This document shows, piece after piece, positions 40,547 through 50,748 of a stretch of DNA of 64,000 bases. A model generated the notes under the pieces. It did no database searches. It had not been told where the DNA came from and saw only the letters and a list, made by a program, of their open reading frames with translations. Each line of letters begins with the position of its first letter. Positions within the stretch are counted from its first letter, which is position 1. This DNA is from Promethearchaeota archaeon (lineage in GTDB: Archaea > Asgardarchaeota > Heimdallarchaeia > Hodarchaeales > Hodarchaeaceae). The stretch is from contig JBHLMN010000009.1 in the NCBI GenBank assembly GCA_048938105.1, positions 96,001-160,000 of the forward strand. The letters are read 5' to 3'. The translations under genes were made by a program, and so were the position numbers.

Positions 40547-40804
40547 TTCTTTCCATATGCTTTTTTAATAATATACTTCTTCTAGAATGTAACTAGGATT
40601 ATCATGATAAAGTAATAAAAAATAATTCCTGTTCTTTAAAGGTAAAATGGATTTTTATCTATATTCTACGAGCTAGCAAAACATTAATAAACTTATTTTT
40701 TGTTTCACACCAGTTGTCAACATCTATGATCAATTACCAACTCTACTACTACGTAAAATCGAAGAACCTAGCTAAAAAGGAATTTAAATGGAGGTAAAAC
40801 ATAT

Positions 40805-41251
40805 ATGGCTAAACCTGCTTTAAGATTAAAAGAAACTCCAGACGAATTAATCCTGAATATGGACGAAGAGCTATTTAACTACAAAAAAATGTCAATGCTT
40901 GCTATTGTAGTTGGAGTCTGTTTACTATGCATTTATTTGATAGGACTCATACCTATTGCTATTGGTGTTTATCGCATTAACCAATTAAATAATCGTCCAG
41001 AAGAAGTTGAATATGATATCAGAAGAAGAGCTGAACAAAAATCAGCAAGAAGAGGAAAAAGATTGACGATTATCTATAACCCTGAGGGACAACAGTTTTA
41101 TCGTCGTACACGGCGTCCGCGTCAACCACAGGCTCAATACACCCCTTATACAACACCTCAAGTTGAAACAAAATCCTCTTTCTGTCCTAATTGCGGAGCA
41201 GAGGTAAGTGAAGGTTTCAAGCACTGTATGAGCTGTGGAGCAAGGCTTTAA
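40805..41251 (+). CDS. Membrane protein with C-terminal zinc ribbon
   Basis: Two TM segments; FCPNCG.......HCMSCGARL. Confidence 0.8.
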   Translation: MAKPALRLKETPDELILNMDEELFNYKKMSMLAIVVGVCLLCIYLIGLIPIAIGVYRINQLNNRPEEVEYDIRRRAEQKSARRGKRLTIIYNPEGQQFYRRTRRPRQPQAQYTPYTTPQVETKSSFCPNCGAEVSEGFKHCMSCGARL

Positions 41252-41255
41252 GAAT

Positions 41256-44200
41256 CTAAGAGCAATTAACACAACGTGCAACTACTTCTTCATTTTTTAT
41301 CTTAACTTTAACCCTACCACATTCACTGCAGACCAATGCTTGACATTTTTTACAGGTAGACATATGATCAGGGCAAAAAGATCTGTGACAACCATCACAA
41401 GTCTTAGCAGTACTCTTCCCTTCTATTTGCCCACATTCAGGACAAGTGAATAAGTAGTCACCTTCACATTCCTCACATACAGGTTTCTGCTCAGTATGAC
41501 CCATCTTGTAAGGAACTTTCTCACTAAAGCCCTTTCCACAGACGATACAGGTCCAAGAGTGATCATTACAGAGGATTCCACCTGTTGATTCGTCAACAAC
41601 ACCACAAGTAGTACATAACGGCTTCTTACAAACAACACATTCCTGTGAATGGTCAATACAAACTTTCTTCCCGCAATCAGAACAAAACACAATATGCTCA
41701 CTGCAGAATGTCTTTAAGCATTCTAAACAAATAAAAGTAGGAGGAGATATTTCTGATTCTAGTAAGGATTGATAGTAATTCTCGGTACTAACTTGAGAAC
41801 CACATCCATCACAAGTAATATCAGCATTCCCATTATATAAGTTTAAGTTGATTATAAATTGCCTTTCTGGCCCCTCCTCCACGTTATCCTTCTTTAGTAC
41901 TATAGGTACCAATAATCTGGGAATCCAATATATAGCTTTTTCAGAAATGGAAACATCGGCCTTTCCTGGGCGAAGAAAATCTTGGGGAACCCCTCTCGCC
42001 TTTAACCTCGCGATTGCCTTATGAAATTCCTCATAAGCGGCCTCTTGCTCCTTCATTAAGTCTTGTCGCTGACTTTCTATATCTTTAATTTGATCACGTA
42101 GTTCACGAATTTTTTCTTCATGTCTTGTTATTTTTGTTTCACTAGATTCGATTGAACGTTCGGTCGCTTTACTTGATTTACCTTCAGCATCACGAGCGCG
42201 TTTCTCCGCTTGGAGTGTCTCCAATCTTATCATCGTTTCATCTAATTTTCGGTTCTCATTTTCCATCCTTTCTTCGAGGCGGCTTATTTGAGAGGATAGT
42301 TTTGATAATTCTTTTCTTACTTTTCTACCAGCCAATTTCTCAACTTCATTCTTCTCAAACTCTCGCAATTGATGATGATATATTACCTCTGCTTCCTTGA
42401 AAGGATTCTGTGTAAAATACCATATTATATTATCAGGTAATTTAGTAATAATCTCCTTATCGAGTTTATAAAACTGCACTCCATCCATTGGCTGGATTTG
42501 TAAGTCAGTAGGGGGTAATGCTGACGCATGAATCCCTTCAATCGTTGTAGCATTCCATTCAATCTTCCTACTTAGATCAAATGATCGGGTCATTTCTTCT
42601 GTAATGGCTACAGGAAAATCTAGACCCCCTTCTTTGATTGTCCGCTTAATGTTAATCTGAGTTGTTGAGTAATAGAGAGGCGAATAAAAATTCGTTGTAT
42701 TTCTAAACTGAACAGAAAATCCATCAATTTCAGGCTCCCCACTTATACTTAATCGATTAAAAATAATATTATCTAGCTGTTTTCCCTTTATTGGTATTTT
42801 AGGGTTAAGAAATCGTTCTGTGATTTTCCCCGTTGCTGGCTTTTTCTTACTGAATTCGAATTCTATTTCTGGCGCTTCTTCTACTACTTCAGCTTCAATA
42901 ACTTCTTTTTTTGGTTTTTTTCTCTTCGTTGGTTTTGGTGGTCTAAGCGTCAAAACTTTAATTTCATTATCCGTTAAAGGGCCTTTATGAAGACTAAGGA
43001 GCCATCGAGTTTTTAACCTATTCACTCCATATTTTGGATTATAAGCAATAAAATTACCTGGCTTTAGAGCTCTAATCTGCCCCATTAATTTTGAGAATTC
43101 TTCTGGTGTTCCACCAGCTCCTTCAAAAACTGGTTTCAATGCTCCTTCGACCTTTGCAATATCCTGATTCGTAGCTAACCTTCCTAAAACCCAAGTTGCA
43201 ATATTTGAAAGTCCACGATAGTCAAGGTCTCCGGGGTTTTGCGTGGCTAATACACAACCCAAACCTGCTGCCCGCGCTTGTTTCAAAATTATTAATAATG
43301 CGGTTTTAGAGGGTGGGCTTAGTGCACCAGCTGGCATAAAACCATAAAGTTCGTCAAAATAGAGTATTGCTCGTAAACGACTCGTACCGCCTTTCGACCA
43401 CGCCCATCTTTGTATTTCTCCTAATATTTCAGCAACGAAATTATTTTTTTCATCTGTGTCAGTTATCTTACGTAGATCAAAAACAATTATCGGTGTTTTG
43501 TTTTTCTTTTTAGCTAAAGCAATCATTTTATCAAAGTCTAGATCTACTCCAGGTACCGCCCGTACCATAAGCGCATTGATGTTCCTTGCCAATTCTGATC
43601 TCTTAGTTTTAGAAATAAACTTATCAACTTCTAAAGAACCAACCTTTTCGAATGGTGGGTTTTGAATACCCTCTATAAGTTGATCCAGTTCCACATTCCT
43701 TTGTTTACCTTCCTCCCAATAATTTCTGATAAGGTTACTCAGAAAAATTACTCTGTTATCAGTTGAAGAACTTGTCCCAATCCCACAGCGAGAGAGTAAT
43801 AACTGAATTTTGAGATCAAGGGTACTTAAAAGAGCATCAGGAGATTCAGTCATCAATTCATCATAGTTTGGTGGTTTTTCAAAGTTTGGAGTCAATGAAA
43901 TTTGGACACCTGCAGAATTTTTAGGGGTAATAAGAATGACAGCTACCTTATCAGAAAAATCTTTCTCAATATCTGCATATTCATCCCCAAAAGAGTCTTC
44001 TAGCTTGTCTTGATAAAGTTCTATCCATTCTTCAGCTATTTGTCTAGGATCTCCGCCCCCTCGATCTTCAGCTTCTACTTCCGCATGAACTAGCAACTTA
44101 TCTTTGGTGAATTCACCAAGTCCGATGCCAAGGGCACCAATATCTCCCTTTGGATCAACAGCAATAATGGGAATGTCCGCTCGAATCGCTTCCTCTACGA

Positions 44201-44348
44201 TAGACTTACATACTACAGTTTTCCCAGAACCACTCGCACCCAGAATAGCTGCATGAGTTAAAAAGGTAGTACTCGGTATTTTAAACTGCTCTTCCCCAAT
44301 TCTTCCTAGATAGAACTCTGGATCTGACATATCAACACCATTAACCAC
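41256..44348 (-). CDS. HerA/FtsK-superfamily (DUF87/DUF853-like) ATPase with coiled coil and multi-zinc-finger tail
   Basis: GASGSGKT, VDPKGD, FDELYG, KQARAAGLGCVLATQNPGDLD; ~100-aa heptad region; about 16 CxxC/CxxH knuckles. Confidence 0.88.
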   Translation of the reverse strand: MVNGVDMSDPEFYLGRIGEEQFKIPSTTFLTHAAILGASGSGKTVVCKSIVEEAIRADIPIIAVDPKGDIGALGIGLGEFTKDKLLVHAEVEAEDRGGGDPRQIAEEWIELYQDKLEDSFGDEYADIEKDFSDKVAVILITPKNSAGVQISLTPNFEKPPNYDELMTESPDALLSTLDLKIQLLLSRCGIGTSSSTDNRVIFLSNLIRNYWEEGKQRNVELDQLIEGIQNPPFEKVGSLEVDKFISKTKRSELARNINALMVRAVPGVDLDFDKMIALAKKKNKTPIIVFDLRKITDTDEKNNFVAEILGEIQRWAWSKGGTSRLRAILYFDELYGFMPAGALSPPSKTALLIILKQARAAGLGCVLATQNPGDLDYRGLSNIATWVLGRLATNQDIAKVEGALKPVFEGAGGTPEEFSKLMGQIRALKPGNFIAYNPKYGVNRLKTRWLLSLHKGPLTDNEIKVLTLRPPKPTKRKKPKKEVIEAEVVEEAPEIEFEFSKKKPATGKITERFLNPKIPIKGKQLDNIIFNRLSISGEPEIDGFSVQFRNTTNFYSPLYYSTTQINIKRTIKEGGLDFPVAITEEMTRSFDLSRKIEWNATTIEGIHASALPPTDLQIQPMDGVQFYKLDKEIITKLPDNIIWYFTQNPFKEAEVIYHHQLREFEKNEVEKLAGRKVRKELSKLSSQISRLEERMENENRKLDETMIRLETLQAEKRARDAEGKSSKATERSIESSETKITRHEEKIRELRDQIKDIESQRQDLMKEQEAAYEEFHKAIARLKARGVPQDFLRPGKADVSISEKAIYWIPRLLVPIVLKKDNVEEGPERQFIINLNLYNGNADITCDGCGSQVSTENYYQSLLESEISPPTFICLECLKTFCSEHIVFCSDCGKKVCIDHSQECVVCKKPLCTTCGVVDESTGGILCNDHSWTCIVCGKGFSEKVPYKMGHTEQKPVCEECEGDYLFTCPECGQIEGKSTAKTCDGCHRSFCPDHMSTCKKCQALVCSECGRVKVKIKNEEVVARCVNCS

Positions 44349-44560
44349 ATTAGAAAGATTAAATATTAATTAATATGATTTAAGAGTCTGTAATTCGAAA
44401 ATACATAAAGTAAGCTATTAAATAAACTTTATCAAACTGAGCTTAGTTATCATATGATATATTAAAAAATTCCTCTTAATTAATGCTAAAGTACTTGGAA
44501 GATACTTAAGTCCCTCAGGAATGCTTTATAGTATTAGGTTTAAAACCCACGGACTCTTCT

Positions 44561-45175
44561 GTGAATATAAATCGCGTCAGGATAGGTCGAACATTGGTCA
44601 ACATTGGTATTTTAGGAACAATGAATTGCGGAAAAACATCAGTCTTCGTGTCTTTTATGAATTCTTTAGCTAGCTCGGATGAAAAAATCATTGCTGGCGC
44701 CCCAGGTGGCCCAGAAATGTATACAACGCAGACAGTCGATTTTATTAGATTTACGTCAAAAGGATTCATCCATGTTCTCTATGGCACTGGTGGGCATCAA
44801 ACTCCTATCACTGATTATTATCGTGTTTATGTCTTAAGAAATGCTAATCGATTTCTTTGTATGTTTGATCTAAGTGAGGATCTTGAAGAACAATTTGAAT
44901 TTTATCGCGGATTTGATATTCCAACCAAATCAATTGTTGTTTATCTGAATAAATATGATCTAGCTCCTGAAAATTTGAAAAATTATCAAGAAAAAGTAAG
45001 TTCTTTCTTTATTAATGAGAAGAAAAAACTCATCAAAGATATTTTCCCAACAGTTGCATTAAGAACTGCTGATGAAGAACATGAGGAATATAAACAGAAT
45101 TGTTTGAAAGGGATATTAAGTCTATGTGATTTTGATCGGGATGCTTCTGCTTTTGATGTCTGGGAGGGGCAATAA
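44561..45175 (+). CDS. Divergent small GTPase (MglA/CvnD-like)
   Basis: G1 GTMNCGKTS, G2 TTQTVDF, G3 variant YGTGGH, G4 NKYD, G5 TVA. Confidence 0.8.
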   Translation: MNINRVRIGRTLVNIGILGTMNCGKTSVFVSFMNSLASSDEKIIAGAPGGPEMYTTQTVDFIRFTSKGFIHVLYGTGGHQTPITDYYRVYVLRNANRFLCMFDLSEDLEEQFEFYRGFDIPTKSIVVYLNKYDLAPENLKNYQEKVSSFFINEKKKLIKDIFPTVALRTADEEHEEYKQNCLKGILSLCDFDRDASAFDVWEGQ

Positions 45176-45205
45176 GAGTATAAGAAAGATATAGGATCAG
45201 ATAGT

Positions 45206-46117
45206 ATGACTTCCGAAGAAGATCCTTTTATTAAGCTTGTCGAAACATTAACAGTCTTGGAAAACTATAACCGAGCTCTTTGTCTAATAGCAGTATATTT
45301 AGGCCAAAGGGCTGATCAGAATACTGTTCAAGGAATTACAGATATTTTTTCAGCACTTTTGGGAAAAGAAACCGCAGCTACCCCCACAAAAGTTCGTGGT
45401 TTAATCACTTCATTAGTGAATGTTGGCATCCTTGAACGTGAAAGAGTAAAAATGATCAGTTCGACAAAGGTTTCTTTCCATTCAATTAGCTCTTTGGGTC
45501 TAATTACTTTATTATACATTTTAATTATTTATCTTATAAAAGATCCAATGCATGGAGTAGAATGGGATAACTTGATGTTTGTAGGATATATTTCTGGTGA
45601 TCGAGAGGATAATCTTGTCCGATTCCTAAACAATTCAATCATTGAGAGTAATAGAATAACAGAAAGATTTTGGACATCATTAAAAAGTGGAAAAGAACCA
45701 AAGAAGATTAGGATGAGTAAACCACTCGATTTAGATGTAATGAAAACCTTCAGTGGGAAAGGTGGTATTGACACTTTCAAGATTTTAGAAGAATTAGTGT
45801 GGGATCATCTGAATCTAAATACTGGCATTTCCCAAGATGAATTAGCAAGTCATTTTGAAGGATCAATAACAAGTAATCTCAAGAAATTAACTCCTCTTGC
45901 TTTAGAAGAACAATTAAACAAATCCAAGTATTATCGATTGTCTTCTTTAGGAGTATTTATTTTACCAGTTTTAGCATTAATGATAAAGGAATTATCAGTT
46001 GATCAGTCTATTTTCCAATCAATCCTGACAAAGGATGTAAACACAGAGGAAAATCCATGGGTTGTATTAATACGCCAAGCACGCTTCTTTTTCAAGAATT
46101 TGTATAGAATTCCTTAG
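45206..46117 (+). CDS. Hypothetical protein with probable tandem winged-helix domains
   Basis: LVNVGIL...FHSISSLG and ISQDELA...YYRLSSLG repeats. Confidence 0.55.
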   Translation: MTSEEDPFIKLVETLTVLENYNRALCLIAVYLGQRADQNTVQGITDIFSALLGKETAATPTKVRGLITSLVNVGILERERVKMISSTKVSFHSISSLGLITLLYILIIYLIKDPMHGVEWDNLMFVGYISGDREDNLVRFLNNSIIESNRITERFWTSLKSGKEPKKIRMSKPLDLDVMKTFSGKGGIDTFKILEELVWDHLNLNTGISQDELASHFEGSITSNLKKLTPLALEEQLNKSKYYRLSSLGVFILPVLALMIKELSVDQSIFQSILTKDVNTEENPWVVLIRQARFFFKNLYRIP

Positions 46118-46288
46118 TCCTAATTCTATAAATCCTTTTTTATTTCAAAGGTTTAATTTAATCAAAAAGACAAAAAATACTTGAGTTCATAACTTCAATA
46201 AATTTAATTAATTCGCAGGTAATAGATTACTGCTGTCGTAAACATCATCCCATTTGTGTTAACGAAGTACCCTAGGCTGTGATACAAC

Positions 46289-47683
46289 GTGATTGTCGTC
46301 TTAGATGAACAAGATTCACCATTTCATCTTCCTCTAGTTGATTTTCACACTCACATCGGTAGAGTTAAGATTGAGACTACAAAAGGGGCCTCCCAAAGAA
46401 TAAATCGTCCCCAAGATATCATCAATCTTTATGAAAAATTGCAGTATGAAATACATAGACGTATTTCTCTGAACCAATCAGATTATTATGTTACTCTACC
46501 AAAAGCAGAAGAACTTTCAAATCCTTTACTCCCTGCTGTACAGAAGTTATTAGAATTGAATAGTACTAAAAGTCGAGGATGGATCGTTGATCATATCGTT
46601 TGCTTCCCGTTTAATGATATTTTTCATACAAAGACGTCTCCAAAATTTATTAAAAGTAATCAATATGTACGTCATCAAACACAATCCTTTGATTTTTCAT
46701 TTCGGTTTATTCCATTTTGTAGGGTAGATGTGACTGATGAAGGAGCTGCTGAAGAGGTAAAGAACTCTATTGGTTTAGGAATGAGAGGATTGAAACTCCA
46801 CCCTATGTCACAAGGTTGGATCGAGAGCATTGTGTCATCCGCCTGCAAAGAGGTTTTACAAACAGCGGGAGAGCTTTCAATACCAATCATTTTTGATGTT
46901 CCTAATAAGGGAGTAGCTGTTGACATTACTACAATAGCAGAAGAAGCACGACAAGAGGTTGATTTTCCAATCAATGTCGTCTTAGGTCATTCTGCTTTTG
47001 ACTATAATTCGAAAGAAATCTTTGAATGTTTAACAAAAGATGAAATGTTTGCTGAAACATCAGGAATGAGGGGAAAAGATGTTGAGATTTATTTCAACAA
47101 TGTTGTAAATGTAAAGGGATGGGAAAATAAATTACTGTTTGGAACAGATTCAAATTACTTTGGTGTCTTACAGGCAGCTGATTTCATCACTTTTCTTTTA
47201 TCACAGAAATTTAAAGAGCTAGTTGAAAATACTAGCTCTAATATTGAACCATTAGATGCAGCTGGGAGAATACTTGGAGGTAATGCTCTTAAAATTATTC
47301 CCCCATCTTGGTTCAATAATTCAATTCCACTGAAAAAACATCGTTCGAGCTCTAAAGGATATTCAACAGATTTACTAATTTTACGATCAAATCTAAAAAA
47401 GATTCTAACAAAACAGAACAACACGGGAACAATTGATCTTGCTAAACCGCAGAGAAAAGAGATTTCGATTCAAGTTCTAACTATTGGGCAATTAGACAAA
47501 AAATTCTCTTATATTCTTGAAACTAAGGACAATTATCAAAATATCACACTCAGTCCAATTTCTAATCTTGATAGAATTAATGATTTACCCATAAAATCGC
47601 TAAGCCCTGTTGAATTGATTTCTAAATCGCGGAAAAGGAAACCACGCTTAAAAGATCAAACATTTCTTGAATTATTGGGGTGA
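46289..47683 (+). CDS. Amidohydrolase_2-family metallohydrolase with C-terminal extension
   Basis: DFHTH, GLKLHP, LGH, LLFGTDS, ILGGNA. Confidence 0.85.
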   Translation: MIVVLDEQDSPFHLPLVDFHTHIGRVKIETTKGASQRINRPQDIINLYEKLQYEIHRRISLNQSDYYVTLPKAEELSNPLLPAVQKLLELNSTKSRGWIVDHIVCFPFNDIFHTKTSPKFIKSNQYVRHQTQSFDFSFRFIPFCRVDVTDEGAAEEVKNSIGLGMRGLKLHPMSQGWIESIVSSACKEVLQTAGELSIPIIFDVPNKGVAVDITTIAEEARQEVDFPINVVLGHSAFDYNSKEIFECLTKDEMFAETSGMRGKDVEIYFNNVVNVKGWENKLLFGTDSNYFGVLQAADFITFLLSQKFKELVENTSSNIEPLDAAGRILGGNALKIIPPSWFNNSIPLKKHRSSSKGYSTDLLILRSNLKKILTKQNNTGTIDLAKPQRKEISIQVLTIGQLDKKFSYILETKDNYQNITLSPISNLDRINDLPIKSLSPVELISKSRKRKPRLKDQTFLELLG

Positions 47684-50646
47684 ATCGCTTGACTAATAAA
47701 GAGTACACACTTAAAACGGAATTATATTTCACCCACGGAATTGAAATAGAGAACCATTTAGTTTCACGAAAAACAGGGGAAGTTATTGTAGGAGATGAGC
47801 TTCTCAACGCGTGGGAGAAAATGTTTTCTGGAGCAGCAGAATTCTTACAGAAATTGAGAAAAGATAAGCACGTTCCTAAAGAAATCTTAAAGAAAATCGA
47901 AAAAGTAGAAGTTAAAGAAGAGGTTAAGAGAGAAAGACGGTTAAAATTCGTCTTTGTCAACTATAAGCTAGGAAAAAAGACTATCCGAGTCAATGTATTT
48001 GGGCCAGATCCCAATATTGGTCAAATCACTTGGTTACTCGAACTGGTGACTCCTCCTTGTGAGTATTTAGAGGAATTGGATTTCTGGATCGATACATTAT
48101 TTGCAGCAGGCCTTCAAGGCCTACCCTCTGATGTAGCTTTACTTCCGATTGGATTAAATCCAACAGAAAAAAGGGTAAGGAGTGGATTGACATGTGGAGA
48201 ACATCATCATATTGGGATGCCAAAACAAATACGTATTCCTATATATAATATGCTTAGAAATTATGTACCTCATTTAATCGCTCTTAGCACAACATCCCCA
48301 TTTTTAGATAAAAAACCAAGTGGTAAGGTTTTGATTCGAAAAACTGATGGAAAAAAACAGATTATAGGAAGATGTGTCCATTCGTACCGATTACTGAAAA
48401 ATAGTGGTCAAATGGGACCAAATATACCTAGTTATCTCCCCGTATTAGATAACAAGTCTACTAGAATGGATTTCGCTAAATCAGTTAGAAAGGCTCCTCC
48501 AGATGACCGAATGGTTGATTTGTATCCTTTTACTGATTACTCTACGATAGAAATTCGTTTTTTTGACGCTCAACCTTGGCCCGAGATCCGCTTGGCCATC
48601 GTACTCTTGATTCAAGCTCTTGCACAGAAAACAAAGAATTTAATTGAGAATAATGAAGAAGTCCCTAAAGTAGCATCCCGATGCCTTTACGAAAACCGAA
48701 GAAAATCTGTGCAATTTGGTCTACTTGCCCAATTTACCACTGACGATAATTTGGCTGATAACTTTTCCAAATTTTACAATTATGATATAACTACTGGTAA
48801 AAAAGCTTCAAAATTGATGCATTCCATAAAATCTTTGTTAGTTTATGTTCAGCATGAGCTCGAGGGATTTGGATCGGAGTTGGTGAATTATATTCTAATA
48901 CCTATCCTTGGTTCTAATGATTATGATCCCCCTCTCACTGTAGCAGAATATTTACTTTCTTTATACAAAATTGCTGATGATATTTCCTTCTTACCAGATT
49001 TATATTATTCTAAAGAAAATAGCTATCCTTTAGTTGTTGCCAGTGATTATACTTCTCTTCAACAGGTGGAAATAACGGATAAAATTGAAGAGACAGAAGC
49101 ATCCCTTCAACAATCATTACGTAAGGATTTAGCTAAACGGAAAATTTCAATCCCAAAAGTAGAGAAAAAACCAGTAAAACCTAAGGGAAAACCTCCTAAG
49201 AAACCACCTAAGAAGAAAGTTCCTCGGAAAAGACCAAAGAAAAAGGAGATTGAGAAACCTGTTATTACACCCACAATAAAGGTCGAAAAGCCACCAACTT
49301 TAGCAGCAATAAAAACTAGAAAACATGTTCCTAAGCCAATTCCACCTCCTACTGAAGAACCAATTGAAACAACAGAAGGGGAAATTAAAATATCTGCTTT
49401 TGAAGATAGTGAGGACCTCGAAGTATTCTCACCAACGATAGAAGTTGAAGCTAAATATCAGAAAATTGAATCTAGAATAGCAAATGTCATGCGAACTCGA
49501 CGTAAAGAAATAGAAGTAAAAAGGCGAGAATTTTTCTTAGATCATCTTAAAAAAGAACGTGTGGCTTTTAAACCCTCTCCAAAAAAGGTTGCCCCTATCT
49601 TTCCAGCCTTAGTATCAGGACCAGAAATATTTGGATACATTGAAATCAGTTTTCGTGATGTTAAAAGAGCCATGTATAAATTTCGAAATAATCCCATCAC
49701 ATTAATATTCAAAGCCAAAGAAAAAGGAAAACCAGTGAAGTCAAAGATAAACACCTCAATAGATATAGCCAGTCTTGAAGAAAGAGGAATGACTAGAATT
49801 CCATGCTCAATAAACCTGGGTGAATTATATGGAGATATAACGGTGAATATAGAGGCAGTTACTGCAACAAACGAAAGCCTATTACCAAAAAAGTTCTCAT
49901 TTAATCTAATCCGCAAGGATGAAATAGCAATAAATCCAAAAGAATTCTATGTTACTGGGAATTATGGCCTTGTAGAGTGTATCTTTCAAGCGGTCAATGA
50001 ATCAAAAGATTCAGAAAAAGGAGAACATGAAGTATTCCTCGTGACCCAGGCTTTAACAGATCCAGTCTTAATATCTTATACAAAATTTAATTTGAAACCT
50101 AAAGAAAATCTAGAACTAGCTCGGAGTATCGATTTATTAATAAATTATCAACACACACCCTTTTACATAGTATCTCAAATCACAATCGGACGATTTAAGA
50201 AGAATAGGTCATTTAAGACAATTGGACCAATAAAACCACTGAAAGAAATATGTGTAGATTGGAATTTCACGGTTGACCCAACAAAAAGAACTAATCTCTG
50301 GGAAGGAGTAGAACCAAAAAAGCAGTATGAAGTGAACTTTGTATTCCATTTTATTAAATCAATGCCGTATGCAACTATAACAATTCATGTGAATACTCTC
50401 CCTGGGGGGCAAACAAAACGATTAGTAAATTTTCGAATCAAAAGAGACATTGATGCAGGGGATGAATTCATCATACCGAATATTAAATTTAAAACACCAA
50501 AAGATTGTGGTTATCTCTATTTTGATGTTGAAATACGCAATGAAATGGGATTAATTCCACTGGATCTCATTTCTGGTCCAATTGGAGTCCAAAGTAAAGG
50601 TGAACAGGCAGCTACATATGAAGAGAGACTTGATTTGACGTTATAG
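47680..50646 (+). CDS. Glutamate-cysteine ligase 2 (carboxylate-amine ligase) domain + Pro/Lys linker + C-terminal beta-rich domains
   Basis: HGIEIE, LELVTPP, TCGEHHHIG, LIALSTTSPF, SYR, TIEIRFFD; GTGA overlap with the amidohydrolase. Confidence 0.8.
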   Translation: MNRLTNKEYTLKTELYFTHGIEIENHLVSRKTGEVIVGDELLNAWEKMFSGAAEFLQKLRKDKHVPKEILKKIEKVEVKEEVKRERRLKFVFVNYKLGKKTIRVNVFGPDPNIGQITWLLELVTPPCEYLEELDFWIDTLFAAGLQGLPSDVALLPIGLNPTEKRVRSGLTCGEHHHIGMPKQIRIPIYNMLRNYVPHLIALSTTSPFLDKKPSGKVLIRKTDGKKQIIGRCVHSYRLLKNSGQMGPNIPSYLPVLDNKSTRMDFAKSVRKAPPDDRMVDLYPFTDYSTIEIRFFDAQPWPEIRLAIVLLIQALAQKTKNLIENNEEVPKVASRCLYENRRKSVQFGLLAQFTTDDNLADNFSKFYNYDITTGKKASKLMHSIKSLLVYVQHELEGFGSELVNYILIPILGSNDYDPPLTVAEYLLSLYKIADDISFLPDLYYSKENSYPLVVASDYTSLQQVEITDKIEETEASLQQSLRKDLAKRKISIPKVEKKPVKPKGKPPKKPPKKKVPRKRPKKKEIEKPVITPTIKVEKPPTLAAIKTRKHVPKPIPPPTEEPIETTEGEIKISAFEDSEDLEVFSPTIEVEAKYQKIESRIANVMRTRRKEIEVKRREFFLDHLKKERVAFKPSPKKVAPIFPALVSGPEIFGYIEISFRDVKRAMYKFRNNPITLIFKAKEKGKPVKSKINTSIDIASLEERGMTRIPCSINLGELYGDITVNIEAVTATNESLLPKKFSFNLIRKDEIAINPKEFYVTGNYGLVECIFQAVNESKDSEKGEHEVFLVTQALTDPVLISYTKFNLKPKENLELARSIDLLINYQHTPFYIVSQITIGRFKKNRSFKTIGPIKPLKEICVDWNFTVDPTKRTNLWEGVEPKKQYEVNFVFHFIKSMPYATITIHVNTLPGGQTKRLVNFRIKRDIDAGDEFIIPNIKFKTPKDCGYLYFDVEIRNEMGLIPLDLISGPIGVQSKGEQAATYEERLDLTL
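49165..49350 (+). repeat. Pro/Lys-rich low-complexity coding linker
   Basis: KKPVKPKGKPPKKPPKKKVPRKRPKKK...VPKPIPPP. Confidence 0.7.
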
Positions 50647-50748
50647 ATGAAGAGTCAGTTTTTTTTGATATAAAATTAGTTTAAAAAAGATTAAGAATAC
50701 TGAAGTAGAATAATGTTAGTTAATGATTAAATTTGAAGAGGCTTAATT

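Noticed and set aside
37932-44348. Sir2-HerA antiphage defence system
   Set aside because: The sirtuin is a canonical zinc-binding CobB deacylase, on the opposite strand and separated from the ATPase by three unrelated genes.
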